A stretch of DNA of 64,000 bases from contig CALESB010000019.1 of NCBI GenBank assembly GCA_937906995.1, positions 5,993 to 69,992 of the forward strand, given 5' to 3'. Shown piece by piece: positions 18,061 to 28,144 of the stretch; positions within the stretch are counted from its first letter, which is position 1, and every line of letters begins with the position of its first letter. The notes beneath the pieces were generated by a model that had not been told where the DNA came from, did no database searches, and saw nothing but the letters and a program-made list of their open reading frames with translations. Source of the DNA: an uncultured Sutterella sp. (lineage in GTDB: Bacteria > Pseudomonadota > Gammaproteobacteria > Burkholderiales > Burkholderiaceae_F). The position numbers and the translations under genes are program-made.

Positions 18061-18529
18061 GTTCTCAATAGAGTTTGAAAAGCCTCTCCGATATCCTGAT
18101 TTTGATCCTAAAGTTTTAAAGCCTTCTTTCCGAAAGATGGGGAGAGAGGTGGCAAAAATAGCAAGGAAACTTGTTTCTCAAAAGGGAGTTTCTCGAGCTA
18201 ATCAGTATCCAGGCATGGATACAGGTCAACTTAGAAGAACAACTAGAGTTCGAGTTTCTCGTTCAGGTTTTTCGGTTGCGATTAAGGCAGATGGCAAAGG
18301 CTTAACTCCTTTTTACCCTGCATTTGTTTATTACGGTCACCGAGCTCCTCATACTGACAGTAAGCAACAACACGGGAAAACTCGTGTGGGTAAGAAGGTA
18401 GTTGCACCTCGCAAGAACTGGATTGTTGATGCAGTAGAAATGTATGGCAAGCAGCGTTATCAAGCGGAGATGCGAGCCATTATGGAAAGTGCTATCAAGC
18501 CAGGTGTTGTACAAGGGTTATTCAAATGA
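18026..18529 (+). CDS. HK97 gp10-like neck/tail completion protein
   Basis: DTGQLRR, FYPAFVYYG and APR motifs; position. Confidence 0.7.
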   Translation: MKSRKFVVSALKFSIEFEKPLRYPDFDPKVLKPSFRKMGREVAKIARKLVSQKGVSRANQYPGMDTGQLRRTTRVRVSRSGFSVAIKADGKGLTPFYPAFVYYGHRAPHTDSKQQHGKTRVGKKVVAPRKNWIVDAVEMYGKQRYQAEMRAIMESAIKPGVVQGLFK

Positions 18530-19068
18530 AACTTTCACCAGTCATTACTGAGTTAAGACGACGTTGTCCTCTATTTGAGCAGAGAGTTTATGGTGCTGCA
18601 GAGTTTGCATCCATTGAGCCTTCAACAGCGTTAAAGATGCCTTGTGCCTTTGTCTTACCTTTGGGAGACACCGCAGGAGAGGTCATCTTTCAGACCGATT
18701 ATCGGCAATCCATTGAGCAATCAATTGGCATTGCCATATTTGTTCCAACTAGTACTGATGAAACAGGGTTAATCGCCTATGACAAGGTTGAAGACATCAA
18801 GTCAGAAGTACTTAGAGCAATTGTGGGCTGGTGCCCAACGGATGATGTTGACGAGTTGATCTACGAAGGATCTTCTGTCCTCGATATGAATCGCTCGCGC
18901 TTATGCGTACAGCTTGAGTTCAAAGTGACTTATGACATTGTTGACGATGAAACTCGTCATGGAGTCGATATTTCATCACTTCCTGATCTCAAAGCAGTTC
19001 ATATAGATGTTGATTTCGTTAAACCTGACGGTCGGCTAGAAGCCTCCGCAACAATCAATTTGGAGTAA
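18526..19068 (+). CDS. Tail terminator protein
   Basis: Position before sheath; PCAFVLP and AIVGW motifs. Confidence 0.7.
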   Translation: MKLSPVITELRRRCPLFEQRVYGAAEFASIEPSTALKMPCAFVLPLGDTAGEVIFQTDYRQSIEQSIGIAIFVPTSTDETGLIAYDKVEDIKSEVLRAIVGWCPTDDVDELIYEGSSVLDMNRSRLCVQLEFKVTYDIVDDETRHGVDISSLPDLKAVHIDVDFVKPDGRLEASATINLE

Positions 19069-19073
19069 AAAGA

Positions 19074-20558
19074 ATGGCAATTAGCTTTTCTAATGTTCCG
19101 AGCGGTATTCGAGTACCGCTTTTTTATGCCGAAGTGGATGCTTCTAAGGCCAACCTCGGCTCTAATAACTTAAAAACTTTGCTTATTGGTCAAATGCTGA
19201 CGGATAGTAAAGCGAAAGTTGGTCAACCCGTACTTGTAACGGGTGATAGCCAGGGTAAAGAACTCTTTGGCCGTGGCTCTCAACTTGCTTTGATGAATTC
19301 TGCGTTCCGAGCTAACTGTTCTGTTGGTGAAGTGTGGGCGCTACCAGTTTCTGAGCCGTCTGGTAATGCATCGTCTTGTACGGTAACCATTACTGGTAAG
19401 GCTACGGCATCAGGTACTTTGACGATTTATATTGCCTCCACCCGTGTTCAGTGTGCAGTAGCTCTTGATGATGAGCCAACCGCCATTGCCACAGCTTTAG
19501 CCGCTGCAATTAATGCTAAACCAGACTTACCTGTGAAGGCTGAGGGTGAAGCAGGAGTTGTAACCCTGAACGCTAAGAACAAGGGTCTTTTTGGCAATGA
19601 CATTCGAGTAGTGATTAACCTCCAGGGGTTTGCCGCAGGTGAAGAATTGCCTGAAGGTGTTCAAGTGGTTGCCACTGCTATGGCCGGTGGAACTGGCTCA
19701 CCCGATTTGGCAGAGCTAGAAAAGGCACTTGGTGATGAAGAGTATGACTTTATTGCGGTACCTTTCGCAGACACAGCTTCGTTGGAAGTGTTCACCAAGA
19801 TTATGAATGATAAGACGGGGCGTTGGTCTTCTACTCGTCAAGTCTATGGTCATGTGTACTCTTGTAAGCGTGACACTGTAAGCAACTTACAATCCTTTGG
19901 TAAGTCTCTTAATGACCAACACTTGACTGTTGTCGGTATCGAATCTGAGGTTGCTTCCGTAGCTTGCGAGGTTCTCGGTGCTTTCGTTGGTCAGTGTGCA
20001 ACGGCCATCCAGATTGATCCAGCACGTCCTTTGCAAACGCTCGAATTAGTGGGCATTACTTCTGCGCCTGTAGGTAAGCGCTTTACGCTCAATGAAAAGC
20101 AAACGCTTTTGACGAATGGCATCGCAACTTGCTACACGCAAGGTGGTTATATGCGCATTGAACGTGCAATTACGACGTATCAAGTCAATGCCTTTGGCGA
20201 TGCAGATGTAAGTTATTTGGACAGTGAAACGCTTCACACGTTGGCTTACATTATCCGCAACTTGAAGTCGATTATTACGAGTAAGTACCCGCGACACAAG
20301 TTGGCAAATGACGGTACGCACTATGGCCCTGGTCAAGCAATCGTTACTCCGTCAGTTATCCGTGGTGAGTTAATCGCTCAGTACCAACGATTAGAAGAAA
20401 AGGGCATTGTTGAAAACGTTGAACTCTTCAAGAAACACTTGATCGTTGAGCGCGATGTAGACGATCCGAATCGAGTCAATGTTCTCTTGCCTCCTGATTT
20501 GGTTAATGGTCTTCGTATCTTTGCGGTATTGGCTCAATTCCGTCTGCAATACAACTAA
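19074..20558 (+). CDS. Mu-like tail sheath protein
   Basis: RVPLFYAE, DPARPLQTL, ITTYQ.N..G.D and KYPRHKLA motifs. Confidence 0.95.
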   Translation: MAISFSNVPSGIRVPLFYAEVDASKANLGSNNLKTLLIGQMLTDSKAKVGQPVLVTGDSQGKELFGRGSQLALMNSAFRANCSVGEVWALPVSEPSGNASSCTVTITGKATASGTLTIYIASTRVQCAVALDDEPTAIATALAAAINAKPDLPVKAEGEAGVVTLNAKNKGLFGNDIRVVINLQGFAAGEELPEGVQVVATAMAGGTGSPDLAELEKALGDEEYDFIAVPFADTASLEVFTKIMNDKTGRWSSTRQVYGHVYSCKRDTVSNLQSFGKSLNDQHLTVVGIESEVASVACEVLGAFVGQCATAIQIDPARPLQTLELVGITSAPVGKRFTLNEKQTLLTNGIATCYTQGGYMRIERAITTYQVNAFGDADVSYLDSETLHTLAYIIRNLKSIITSKYPRHKLANDGTHYGPGQAIVTPSVIRGELIAQYQRLEEKGIVENVELFKKHLIVERDVDDPNRVNVLLPPDLVNGLRIFAVLAQFRLQYN

Positions 20559-20571
20559 TAGAGGTAAAAAA

Positions 20572-20931
20572 ATGGCAAAAGCACTTGCTGGCGCTTGCTA
20601 CATCAAGGTTGATGGCGAGCAATTGAGCGTAAACGGCTCTGTGAGTTGTTTAGCTAACACGGTCACACGTGAAGCAATTATGGGATCTACCGGTGTAGCA
20701 GGTTTCTCTGAAACGCCAGTGGCACCTACGATTACGGGGACGTTTAATGTGACGAAGGATTTTCCTTTGGAAAAGGTTACGACTGCAACAGATATGACGA
20801 TTACAGCAGAGCTCGCAAATGGTATGGTTTTCACCTTATCGGATGCCTTTGTTACTGGAGAAGTCTCTTACAGTGCGTCTGAGGGTACAGTTTCCATCAC
20901 GTTTACTGGTACTCGTGGTTCTTGGAGTTAG
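20572..20931 (+). CDS. Tail tube protein
   Basis: AGACYIKVDG..ITAELANG Mu-like tube motifs. Confidence 0.9.
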   Translation: MAKALAGACYIKVDGEQLSVNGSVSCLANTVTREAIMGSTGVAGFSETPVAPTITGTFNVTKDFPLEKVTTATDMTITAELANGMVFTLSDAFVTGEVSYSASEGTVSITFTGTRGSWS

Positions 20932-20933
20932 AT

Positions 20934-21197
20934 ATGGAAATAAAGCTCAAAAAGCCGATTAAGCACGGTGAAGAAGTGATTGAAGTGCTTGAATTGCGAG
21001 AGCCGACAGCTAAAGACATCAAGAAGTTGGGTCTTCCGATTAACTTCGGTGCTCAAGACATTAACTCGGAGGTTGTCTTTAAGTACATCGTTGACTTAGC
21101 CGCACTTCCTCCTTCGGTTATCGATCAACTTGGTGCAGTCGATTTTGTCGCCTGTATGGGAGTTGTGACGGGTTTTTTCGGAGAGTCGGCGGATTAA
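20934..21197 (+). CDS. Tail assembly chaperone (short form)
   Basis: LKKPI..LELREPT..DI; ends at the slippery GGGTTTTTT sequence. Confidence 0.88.
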   Translation: MEIKLKKPIKHGEEVIEVLELREPTAKDIKKLGLPINFGAQDINSEVVFKYIVDLAALPPSVIDQLGAVDFVACMGVVTGFFGESAD

Positions 21198-21352
21198 CCG
21201 AAGGTGAACTTCGAGACAAAGTATTTGAGCTAGCTAGATGGTGGAGGCTCTCGCCTTTCGAGGTTGAGAGCCTTCCTTTATCAAGTTTCATCGAACTACT
21301 TGTGCAAGCTCAAAGGATTAACGAGGAAGAGAGAAAGAGTTATGGCAGATAA
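21170..21352 (+). other. Programmed -1 frameshift extension of tail chaperone
   Basis: G GGT TTT slippery heptamer; -1 frame open to TAA at 21350-52, reading FRRVGGLTEGELRDKVFELARWWRLSPFEVESLPLSSFIELLVQAQRINEEERKSYGR. Confidence 0.8.
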
Positions 21353-22775
21353 TCAGAAATACTCTTTAAAAGCGGTATTAGGTTGTGTGGACAATCTTTC
21401 TCCGACTTTAAAAAAAGTTCAAAAGAACCTCAAGTCAGTTGACAGATCGTTTAAGAATGTTGTTGATAGCACTGCAGCATTGGCTACAAAACTAATGGTT
21501 CCCATCACTGCTTTGGCGGGAGCGGGTGTCTTTTCTTTGTCGCAAGCTGTAGACAACTTCACCAGTCTTGGAGATTCAATTGACAAAGCATCACAGCGAG
21601 CCGGTATCGGTGTGGGAGCACTTCAAAAATTCCGTTTAGCTGCTGAACTTGGCGGTGCATCTGTGGAGCAAATGGATGATGCACTTGCAAAGCTCAACTT
21701 AAAGATGGGGGAAGCGCTTACTGGTAAAAGCGAGGATGCCGCCAACCTTTTTAAGACCTTGGGTATTGCTCTAAAGGACTCCAGTGGGAAGGTGAGAAAT
21801 TCGGCTGAGGTTATGCGTGACCTTGCCGAAGCAATTAAGGTCAATACAGATCAAACTGATCGAATGTTGATCTTGAATACTTTGTTGGGAGATGACTTAG
21901 CAAAGATGTTGATCCCCGTGTTGTCTGGTGGTGCTGAAGCTCTTGATGAGGTTAGCTCTAAGGCTGAAAAGCTAGGGATCGTTATGAGCGAAGCTGACAG
22001 TAAAGCTGCTGCTGAACTTACTGACGCAATGACTTTGTTTAATAAGGTCACATTATCTCTGCAAAGCACGATTGCTTCGAAACTTTCTCCAGTACTCATC
22101 GACTTAATCGAAAATTTTCAAAGCATCATCATTGAAAATAAGGAATTGTTAGCGACAAACATTGAAAAGTTTGTTCGTGATCTTTCCGAAGGGATTAAGT
22201 CCATTAAGTGGGACGAGGTCATTAAAGGTACGTTTGAGTTCTTTAAAACTCTCAGCAATGTTATCGATGCTATCGGTGGTTTTAAGACGATTCTCTATGC
22301 TGTCGGAGCGGTCATTGGAGCAAGTTTTGTAAGCAACCTAGTGTCAATTACAACAGCTCTAATCGGTATGTCGAAGGCAGTTTATGCTTTGATGGGGCCG
22401 TGGGGCATTGCGATAGGCTTAGTAACAACATACTTAGCTTATTTCGATGAAATTAACAGTGCTTGTTATGAAGCTGGTAAGGCAGTTAAAGAGTTTATTG
22501 GTGGTGCTTTCGACTGGGTGATGAAAAAGATCAGTCCTGTGATTGATCTTTTGCAAGGTTTCTTTGGCTTTGGCGGAGCTATTAATGCAAATGTAACGGC
22601 TCAAGGACAGGCTGTACTTCCTCAAACACCGCTAGTGGGTGAAGGGATGAATGGTCAAATTACCGTTCGAGTGGAAGCTACTGACGGATCTCGCGCTCGC
22701 GTAGAAGATATGCGAAGCACGGGAGGAGAGTTGAGAGCTGAAACCACTGGTTCTTACTCTTATTTGAATGATTAG
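21342..22775 (+). CDS. Tape measure protein
   Basis: Helical Ala/Leu-rich protein after chaperone; start MADNQK. Confidence 0.85.
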   Translation: MADNQKYSLKAVLGCVDNLSPTLKKVQKNLKSVDRSFKNVVDSTAALATKLMVPITALAGAGVFSLSQAVDNFTSLGDSIDKASQRAGIGVGALQKFRLAAELGGASVEQMDDALAKLNLKMGEALTGKSEDAANLFKTLGIALKDSSGKVRNSAEVMRDLAEAIKVNTDQTDRMLILNTLLGDDLAKMLIPVLSGGAEALDEVSSKAEKLGIVMSEADSKAAAELTDAMTLFNKVTLSLQSTIASKLSPVLIDLIENFQSIIIENKELLATNIEKFVRDLSEGIKSIKWDEVIKGTFEFFKTLSNVIDAIGGFKTILYAVGAVIGASFVSNLVSITTALIGMSKAVYALMGPWGIAIGLVTTYLAYFDEINSACYEAGKAVKEFIGGAFDWVMKKISPVIDLLQGFFGFGGAINANVTAQGQAVLPQTPLVGEGMNGQITVRVEATDGSRARVEDMRSTGGELRAETTGSYSYLND

Positions 22776-22777
22776 CC

Positions 22778-24010
22778 ATGACAAGTGCACAACGTGAATT
22801 AAGAACTGGTTCTTTTCGTGGTGTTTCGTTTGAAACGTCCTCGACGACTTTAACTGTTGGTCGAAGAACTCAAGTTTTTGAGTATCCTCAGCGCGATACG
22901 CCTTTTGTTGAAGATCTGGGAAAAAAATGCCGAGAGATTAAGTTCAAAGCATTTGTTACTGGGTCGGACTATATCGCCAAAATGAATCGACTCATCCAGG
23001 CCTTAGAAAAAGGCGGTAGTGGTGAGTTGGTTCATCCTTGGTTGGGTACGATGTTGGTCGTTCCGCAGGCCAGCAACAACGTCAGTTATAACAACTCATT
23101 AAGGGTTGCTTCCATTGACTTAGTATTTGTTGAGTCAGGCGAGTCAAAGTATCCAAGCAGTGAGAAAGATAAGGGCTTCTTTAGTCGATCTTTTGCCGAC
23201 TTGGTTAAAAATGAAGCCATCAATGACTTCGTGAACAACTTTAACTTGGACGGTGTTCAAGACTTTGTTTCAGCATCGGTTGCAGGTGATCTATCAGAGT
23301 TTCTCGAGCTTGAAGAACTTCAAACTGTGTCAAAACTATTTGGAGTCTCTGATGCTTTGGCCGATTTAACGTCTGATGCCGTGTCTTTAGTATCTAAGGA
23401 TCCAACGGTGTTGGCTAATACTTTAGCTAACACTTTAGGTTTAAGCGGATTTACGAATTCCGTCAATAACTGGAGAAAGGTAACTCGACAGCTTTCAAGG
23501 CTTACTTCAAGTGAGAAATTGGCGACCGTATCGAAGAAAGACTTTATCTCAAATACAACGACTAAGTTGGTTGCTCAAAACAGTGATGCGTTGCAAACAT
23601 TGATCCGTCAGGTCAGTATTTCAAATATTATTGGGGCATCAACGATTGTCGGCACTAGCTTGGATCAAAGCGATGGCAAAGAAAGCAAGCAGGTGATGTC
23701 ATATGATGACATGATCGATGTTCGTAATGAGATTCTTCAATCCATTGACATAGAGATGGAGCGCTGTGGATCCGATAGTGTTTATCTTGCTCTTGAAAAA
23801 GCACGTTCATCAGTGTGGGCAGATATGACAGAAAGAGCTGATGACAATGCGCGACTGATTGAGTTCACCCCTCCAGAGGTTATGCCTGCTGTCGTATTGG
23901 CTTATGAGTATTACGGTGACGCGGATAGAGATCGAGAGATTGTGGAGCGAAACAACATCCGACATGGTGGATTTGTTCCAGCCTCTCCACTCAAGTTACT
24001 AAGTACATAA
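22778..24010 (+). CDS. DNA circularization protein (Mu gp43-like)
   Basis: SFRGVSF..GRR..EYPQRD..EDLG, LVHPWLG, C-terminal AYEYYGD..NNIRHGGF. Confidence 0.92.
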   Translation: MTSAQRELRTGSFRGVSFETSSTTLTVGRRTQVFEYPQRDTPFVEDLGKKCREIKFKAFVTGSDYIAKMNRLIQALEKGGSGELVHPWLGTMLVVPQASNNVSYNNSLRVASIDLVFVESGESKYPSSEKDKGFFSRSFADLVKNEAINDFVNNFNLDGVQDFVSASVAGDLSEFLELEELQTVSKLFGVSDALADLTSDAVSLVSKDPTVLANTLANTLGLSGFTNSVNNWRKVTRQLSRLTSSEKLATVSKKDFISNTTTKLVAQNSDALQTLIRQVSISNIIGASTIVGTSLDQSDGKESKQVMSYDDMIDVRNEILQSIDIEMERCGSDSVYLALEKARSSVWADMTERADDNARLIEFTPPEVMPAVVLAYEYYGDADRDREIVERNNIRHGGFVPASPLKLLST

Positions 24011-24056
24011 GCTGTTACAAGGCTTGGTGATACAATCAAAGTATAGGGGGTGTCGT

Positions 24057-24392
24057 ATGAACAGACTCTTAACTTTGATTGTATTGCTCGTATCTTCGGT
24101 GGGGTTGACTTACCCAGTTGTAGCTTCTGCAGATGGTCGAGCTTGTGAGGTTATGATTATTAAAGAGGTTGTGGAGCCAGACGGTTTTGTGAGAAGATCG
24201 GTTTCTTACGATGAAGAATGCAGGGCCAGTAGAACGTACGACCCAGAGGTTGATGTGGAAGAAAAGCCTGAAATATTGCCAGCACTACCTTCTGATCCAA
24301 GTGGATCGTTCCGAGTCTATGATCCAAGAACCTTAACAACAGAAAGTTACATACCACAACCAGACGGCACGCTAAAGGTTAGACCTTGGTAA
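24057..24392 (+). CDS. Moron: small secreted/periplasmic protein
   Basis: Signal peptide; own extended -10 (TGATACAAT, 24028-36) and terminator. Confidence 0.6.
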   Translation: MNRLLTLIVLLVSSVGLTYPVVASADGRACEVMIIKEVVEPDGFVRRSVSYDEECRASRTYDPEVDVEEKPEILPALPSDPSGSFRVYDPRTLTTESYIPQPDGTLKVRPW

Positions 24393-24401
24393 TCTATGGG
24401 G

Positions 24402-24426
24402 GCGCTCAGAAATGAGCGCTTTTTTT
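24402..24426 (+). terminator. Moron terminator
   Basis: GCGCTCA-GAAA-TGAGCGC-TTTTTTT. Confidence 0.7.
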
Positions 24427-25533
24427 ATGTCTGAAAGTAATGTTTATTTAAAAGTAAACGGGGTTAATTACGGCGGTTGGACTTCTGTAAACATAACAAC
24501 TTCGTTGCAATCATTTTATCGATCCTTTTCCGTAGTTTCCTCAAGGAGAATCGATACTAGAGGTGGTTTTACGCTTGGGTTTGATGTAGGTGATAAGGTT
24601 GAGGTTTATATTGGTCAGGACAAGGTAATTACAGGCTATGTCAAGAAGGTTAAAGTTACCTGTAACTCGTCGTCGATCAATTTGATAGTAGATGGTGTCG
24701 GTTGTCCTTGGGCAATGTTTTCGGGTTCACTACCACTTAATGCGCCCAAAACATACGAGCAAATGACGCTAGTTGAGATTATCAAAAATATCGCAAAATC
24801 ATTTGAAGTAACGTTTAGAACGGATTCCTATTCAAGCGAGAAGACCAACATTAGTTTTTCCGCAGAAGAGTCTGTTAAGTCAAAAATTGAAGGACTTATA
24901 AAGAAGAAAAACTTTCTTTTGTCTGAGGATGAGAATGGCGTATTAGTGTTAACAAGCCCAGGGTGTGAACGTAAGTCGATTGATCAGCTTTCGCTTGGTG
25001 AAAACATTCTAGAGTGCTCAAAGACAACGGATGCCAATTTAATTTACTCAGAGTACATCGTGTATGGGCAGGGAACAAACCCAGATAGTATTCGTCCTGT
25101 CACCGATAACCAACTTGTTGGAAGGTCATTAGGAAGTTCAAAAATAAAGCGAGTCCTAGCAAAAAAACAAACTGGCAACGCCATTCAAAGTGATTTGGAT
25201 GTAAGAGCCGCCATGTTAAGAGATAACTCTGAAGCTAACGCAACCTCTTTGGTTTGCAAAGTACAGGGTTGGAGACAGAGCAATGGCGAATTATGGCGCG
25301 CTAATTCCTTTGTTGACGTGACGGATTCGGTGTTGGGAGTTAAGGGGAGTTATTTGATCAAAGGGGCTACTTACTCCCTTAGTGCTCAAGGAACAACAAG
25401 CACTTTAGAGTTAGTTTTGCCTTCTGCTTTTAAATACGTAGATCTTTCTTCTACTGAAGAAAAGGTGAAAAAGGCTTCTAATCTCAAGCTAACCTCGGTC
25501 AATACAACAGATGCTAAATGGACGGACACCTAA
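24427..25533 (+). CDS. Baseplate hub (Mu gp44/P-like)
   Basis: YGGWTSV, ITGYV and VQGWRQSNGELW motifs. Confidence 0.9.
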   Translation: MSESNVYLKVNGVNYGGWTSVNITTSLQSFYRSFSVVSSRRIDTRGGFTLGFDVGDKVEVYIGQDKVITGYVKKVKVTCNSSSINLIVDGVGCPWAMFSGSLPLNAPKTYEQMTLVEIIKNIAKSFEVTFRTDSYSSEKTNISFSAEESVKSKIEGLIKKKNFLLSEDENGVLVLTSPGCERKSIDQLSLGENILECSKTTDANLIYSEYIVYGQGTNPDSIRPVTDNQLVGRSLGSSKIKRVLAKKQTGNAIQSDLDVRAAMLRDNSEANATSLVCKVQGWRQSNGELWRANSFVDVTDSVLGVKGSYLIKGATYSLSAQGTTSTLELVLPSAFKYVDLSSTEEKVKKASNLKLTSVNTTDAKWTDT

Positions 25534-26090
25534 TGTTTGAGCGACTTTCAAGAATGATGTCACGGGCAATCGTGACGATGAAGGACGGATCAAGAGCTTT
25601 GCGCAAGCTACAAACTCTCCACTTGGGCAATGAAGTTAGAAACAATGTGGAGCACTTTGAGCCTTACGGCTTTACTAGCGAGCCACACCTGAATGCAGAA
25701 GTGTTGACGGTCTCTCTTGATGGGGATCGTGAGCATACTATTGCAGCAATCGTCACAGATCGTCGATATCGCCCAGTTGGGCTCAAAGATGGTGAAGTTT
25801 GTGTGTATGACAGTTTGGGACGAAAGGTCTACTTTTCAAGAGAAGGCATTGTGGTTGAAGGTGTTGATAGTCCGATTACTGTTAAAACAACAGCTTCAGT
25901 TGAAGTGCAAGCTCCAACTGTTCATATGACTGGCAACTTGATTGTTGATGGGAATATTACAGCTAAGGGTCAAGTTGATGACTTATCTGGCAATGGTGGC
26001 TCGTCGATGTCTGGAATGCGCAATGTCTACAACAGTCACACGCATGTTCACGGAGATTCTTCAAGCCAATCGCCAACACAAAAGATGTGA
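25533..26090 (+). CDS. Baseplate spike (Mu gp45/V-like)
   Basis: EHFEPYGFTS, DRRYRP and YNSHTH motifs. Confidence 0.92.
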   Translation: MFERLSRMMSRAIVTMKDGSRALRKLQTLHLGNEVRNNVEHFEPYGFTSEPHLNAEVLTVSLDGDREHTIAAIVTDRRYRPVGLKDGEVCVYDSLGRKVYFSREGIVVEGVDSPITVKTTASVEVQAPTVHMTGNLIVDGNITAKGQVDDLSGNGGSSMSGMRNVYNSHTHVHGDSSSQSPTQKM

Positions 26091-26097
26091 GGTTTAA

Positions 26098-26505
26098 ATG
26101 CAGTTTTTTCTAAATGGCCGAGAGACACGGCTAGACGATTTCTGCAATGACGAATTAGCAAGGGCTGTTATTAACAGCCTTTTTTCATGGCGAAGAGCCG
26201 AAGAATCAGACGATCTACCAGGGACAACTCGCCAAGGTTGGTGGGCTGATACGTTTGAAGAAAACGACAAGTTTGGCTCGCGTCTTTGGTTACTGCAACG
26301 CGCAAAGCTAACTTCTGAGGCTCTTGTCAGAGCTAAAGAGTATGCAAACGAATCTTTGCAGTGGTTGATTGATGATCGAGTCGCTAGCCAGATCGTTGTA
26401 AATAGCGAGCGTGGTTCACACGATCAGCTAAACCTCTCTGTAGTCATTGTAAAACCAGATGGGAATGAGTTAGCAGTTCGTTTCCAAGATGTTTGGAGTA
26501 AATGA
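26098..26505 (+). CDS. Mu gp46-like baseplate protein
   Basis: SLFSWRRA, GWWAD and GSRLWLLQRAKL motifs. Confidence 0.92.
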   Translation: MQFFLNGRETRLDDFCNDELARAVINSLFSWRRAEESDDLPGTTRQGWWADTFEENDKFGSRLWLLQRAKLTSEALVRAKEYANESLQWLIDDRVASQIVVNSERGSHDQLNLSVVIVKPDGNELAVRFQDVWSK

Positions 26506-27542
26506 TGTCTTTTGAAAGACCTACATTAAAAGACTTGGTTGAGCGAATCAGCGCGGATACTGAAAGCCGTTTAACAGTTCCTCAATTACGTCGTTCTAAC
26601 GCGAAGGTTTATTCGCGTGTTTTAGCCGGTGCTTCACACGGTCTTCATGGGCATATCGAATGGCTGGCGAAACAGCTCTTTGTTGATACTGCCGATAGTG
26701 ACTACTTGGATCGATGGGCCTCCATTTACGCCATCCAAAGAAAGAAAGCTACAAAGGCAAGTGGATCCGTAGCCATTACCTTTGCTTCCGAGATTGTTCC
26801 GATTCCTGTTGGAAGCTTGATGCAAACCGATGATGGGGTGCAATTTGAAACCATTGATGGGGTTACCCGAGATAAAAAGGTACAAGTGAGAGCGTTGCTT
26901 ACAGGCGAGAATGGAAACGTTGCAAAAGGTGACGTACTAACACTTTCAAATCCTATTGCTGGTGTTATGTCTGAAGTGACTGTTGAGGGTATTTCAGGTG
27001 GTGCGAACGCTGAAGACGATGAGTCTTTACGCACACGTTTGCTATTCCGGATGCAAGAGCAACCTCATGGCGGTGCTAAGGCAGACTATGTTGTTTGGGC
27101 CTTAGAAGTACCTGGTGTTACTCGCGCCTGGTGCTATCCAAATGAGGGCGGCGTTGGAAAGGTAACAGTGCGCTTTGTATGTGACGATCTTGAAAGCATT
27201 GTTCCAACTCCAGAGATGGTTGGGAAGGTTGATTCGCATATTGAAGAAAAGCGCCCAGTTACGGCCGAAGTGACGATTAAAGCACCAACGCTTAAACCTG
27301 TTGCAATCACCATTAAATCGCTTAACCCCGATACAACTGCCGTTCGAGAAGCAGTAAAGAAAGAGTTGCAGGATTTATTTATTCGAGAGTCTGAGCCAGG
27401 TAAAACAGTTTTGGTATCGCACATTCGCGCAGCCATTTCTTACGCAATTGGTGAAGAAGATCACCAGTTAGTAGCCCCTCTCGATAATCCGGAAGCAACT
27501 GCTAACGAGTTACTTACGTTAGGGGATATCACATGGCAGTAA
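26502..27542 (+). CDS. Baseplate J/gp47 protein
   Basis: GG..EDDESLR.R, GGAKADY..WALEVPGVTRAW motifs. Confidence 0.93.
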   Translation: MMSFERPTLKDLVERISADTESRLTVPQLRRSNAKVYSRVLAGASHGLHGHIEWLAKQLFVDTADSDYLDRWASIYAIQRKKATKASGSVAITFASEIVPIPVGSLMQTDDGVQFETIDGVTRDKKVQVRALLTGENGNVAKGDVLTLSNPIAGVMSEVTVEGISGGANAEDDESLRTRLLFRMQEQPHGGAKADYVVWALEVPGVTRAWCYPNEGGVGKVTVRFVCDDLESIVPTPEMVGKVDSHIEEKRPVTAEVTIKAPTLKPVAITIKSLNPDTTAVREAVKKELQDLFIRESEPGKTVLVSHIRAAISYAIGEEDHQLVAPLDNPEATANELLTLGDITWQ

Positions 27543-28144
27543 CAGCTCAAGAGTATGTTGAGCAACTAAAGGCGCTTTTGCCTCCAGGCCCTGCATGGCC
27601 AAGAGGTGATAGCGCTTCAATGTTCGCTCTTTTGATTGAAACATGGGGGGCTGAATTTGCAAGAGTTGATGCTCGAGCAAGGGCATTGATCCTGGAGGCA
27701 GATCCTCGGTTTTGCCAAGAAACTTTTGAAGATTGGCTAAAGCAATGGGGATTGCCAGACGACTGTATCAAGTTGTGGTCAACGGTGAATAACACAACTC
27801 TGCGAAAACTCTTAATTCAAAAGGTTACATCAATCGGTGGTCAGACCCCCAAGTTTTTTATCGACCTGGCTTCGATGTTTGGCTACACGATTGAGATTGA
27901 CGAGTTTCGTGGTTACACCGTTATGGCAGATACGCTAGATGTTTTGGCTGAGGAGTTGTGGCCATCGACGTGGGAAGTCAACGTGTTGCAATCCGTAGGT
28001 GCAAAGATGACATATCACGAAGTTACGGGCGGTGTTGAAGAACCGTTGGCTTGGTGGGGTGACGCTTTGATTGAGTGTTTGATTCGACGTTATGCACCTG
28101 CGCATACAGAGGTTTCTTTTGCTTATATAGATGAGGTGAAGTAA
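27533..28144 (+). CDS. YmfQ/gp48-like baseplate wedge protein
   Basis: LLPPGPAW..GLPD..PAHT motifs. Confidence 0.9.
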   Translation: MAVTAQEYVEQLKALLPPGPAWPRGDSASMFALLIETWGAEFARVDARARALILEADPRFCQETFEDWLKQWGLPDDCIKLWSTVNNTTLRKLLIQKVTSIGGQTPKFFIDLASMFGYTIEIDEFRGYTVMADTLDVLAEELWPSTWEVNVLQSVGAKMTYHEVTGGVEEPLAWWGDALIECLIRRYAPAHTEVSFAYIDEVK

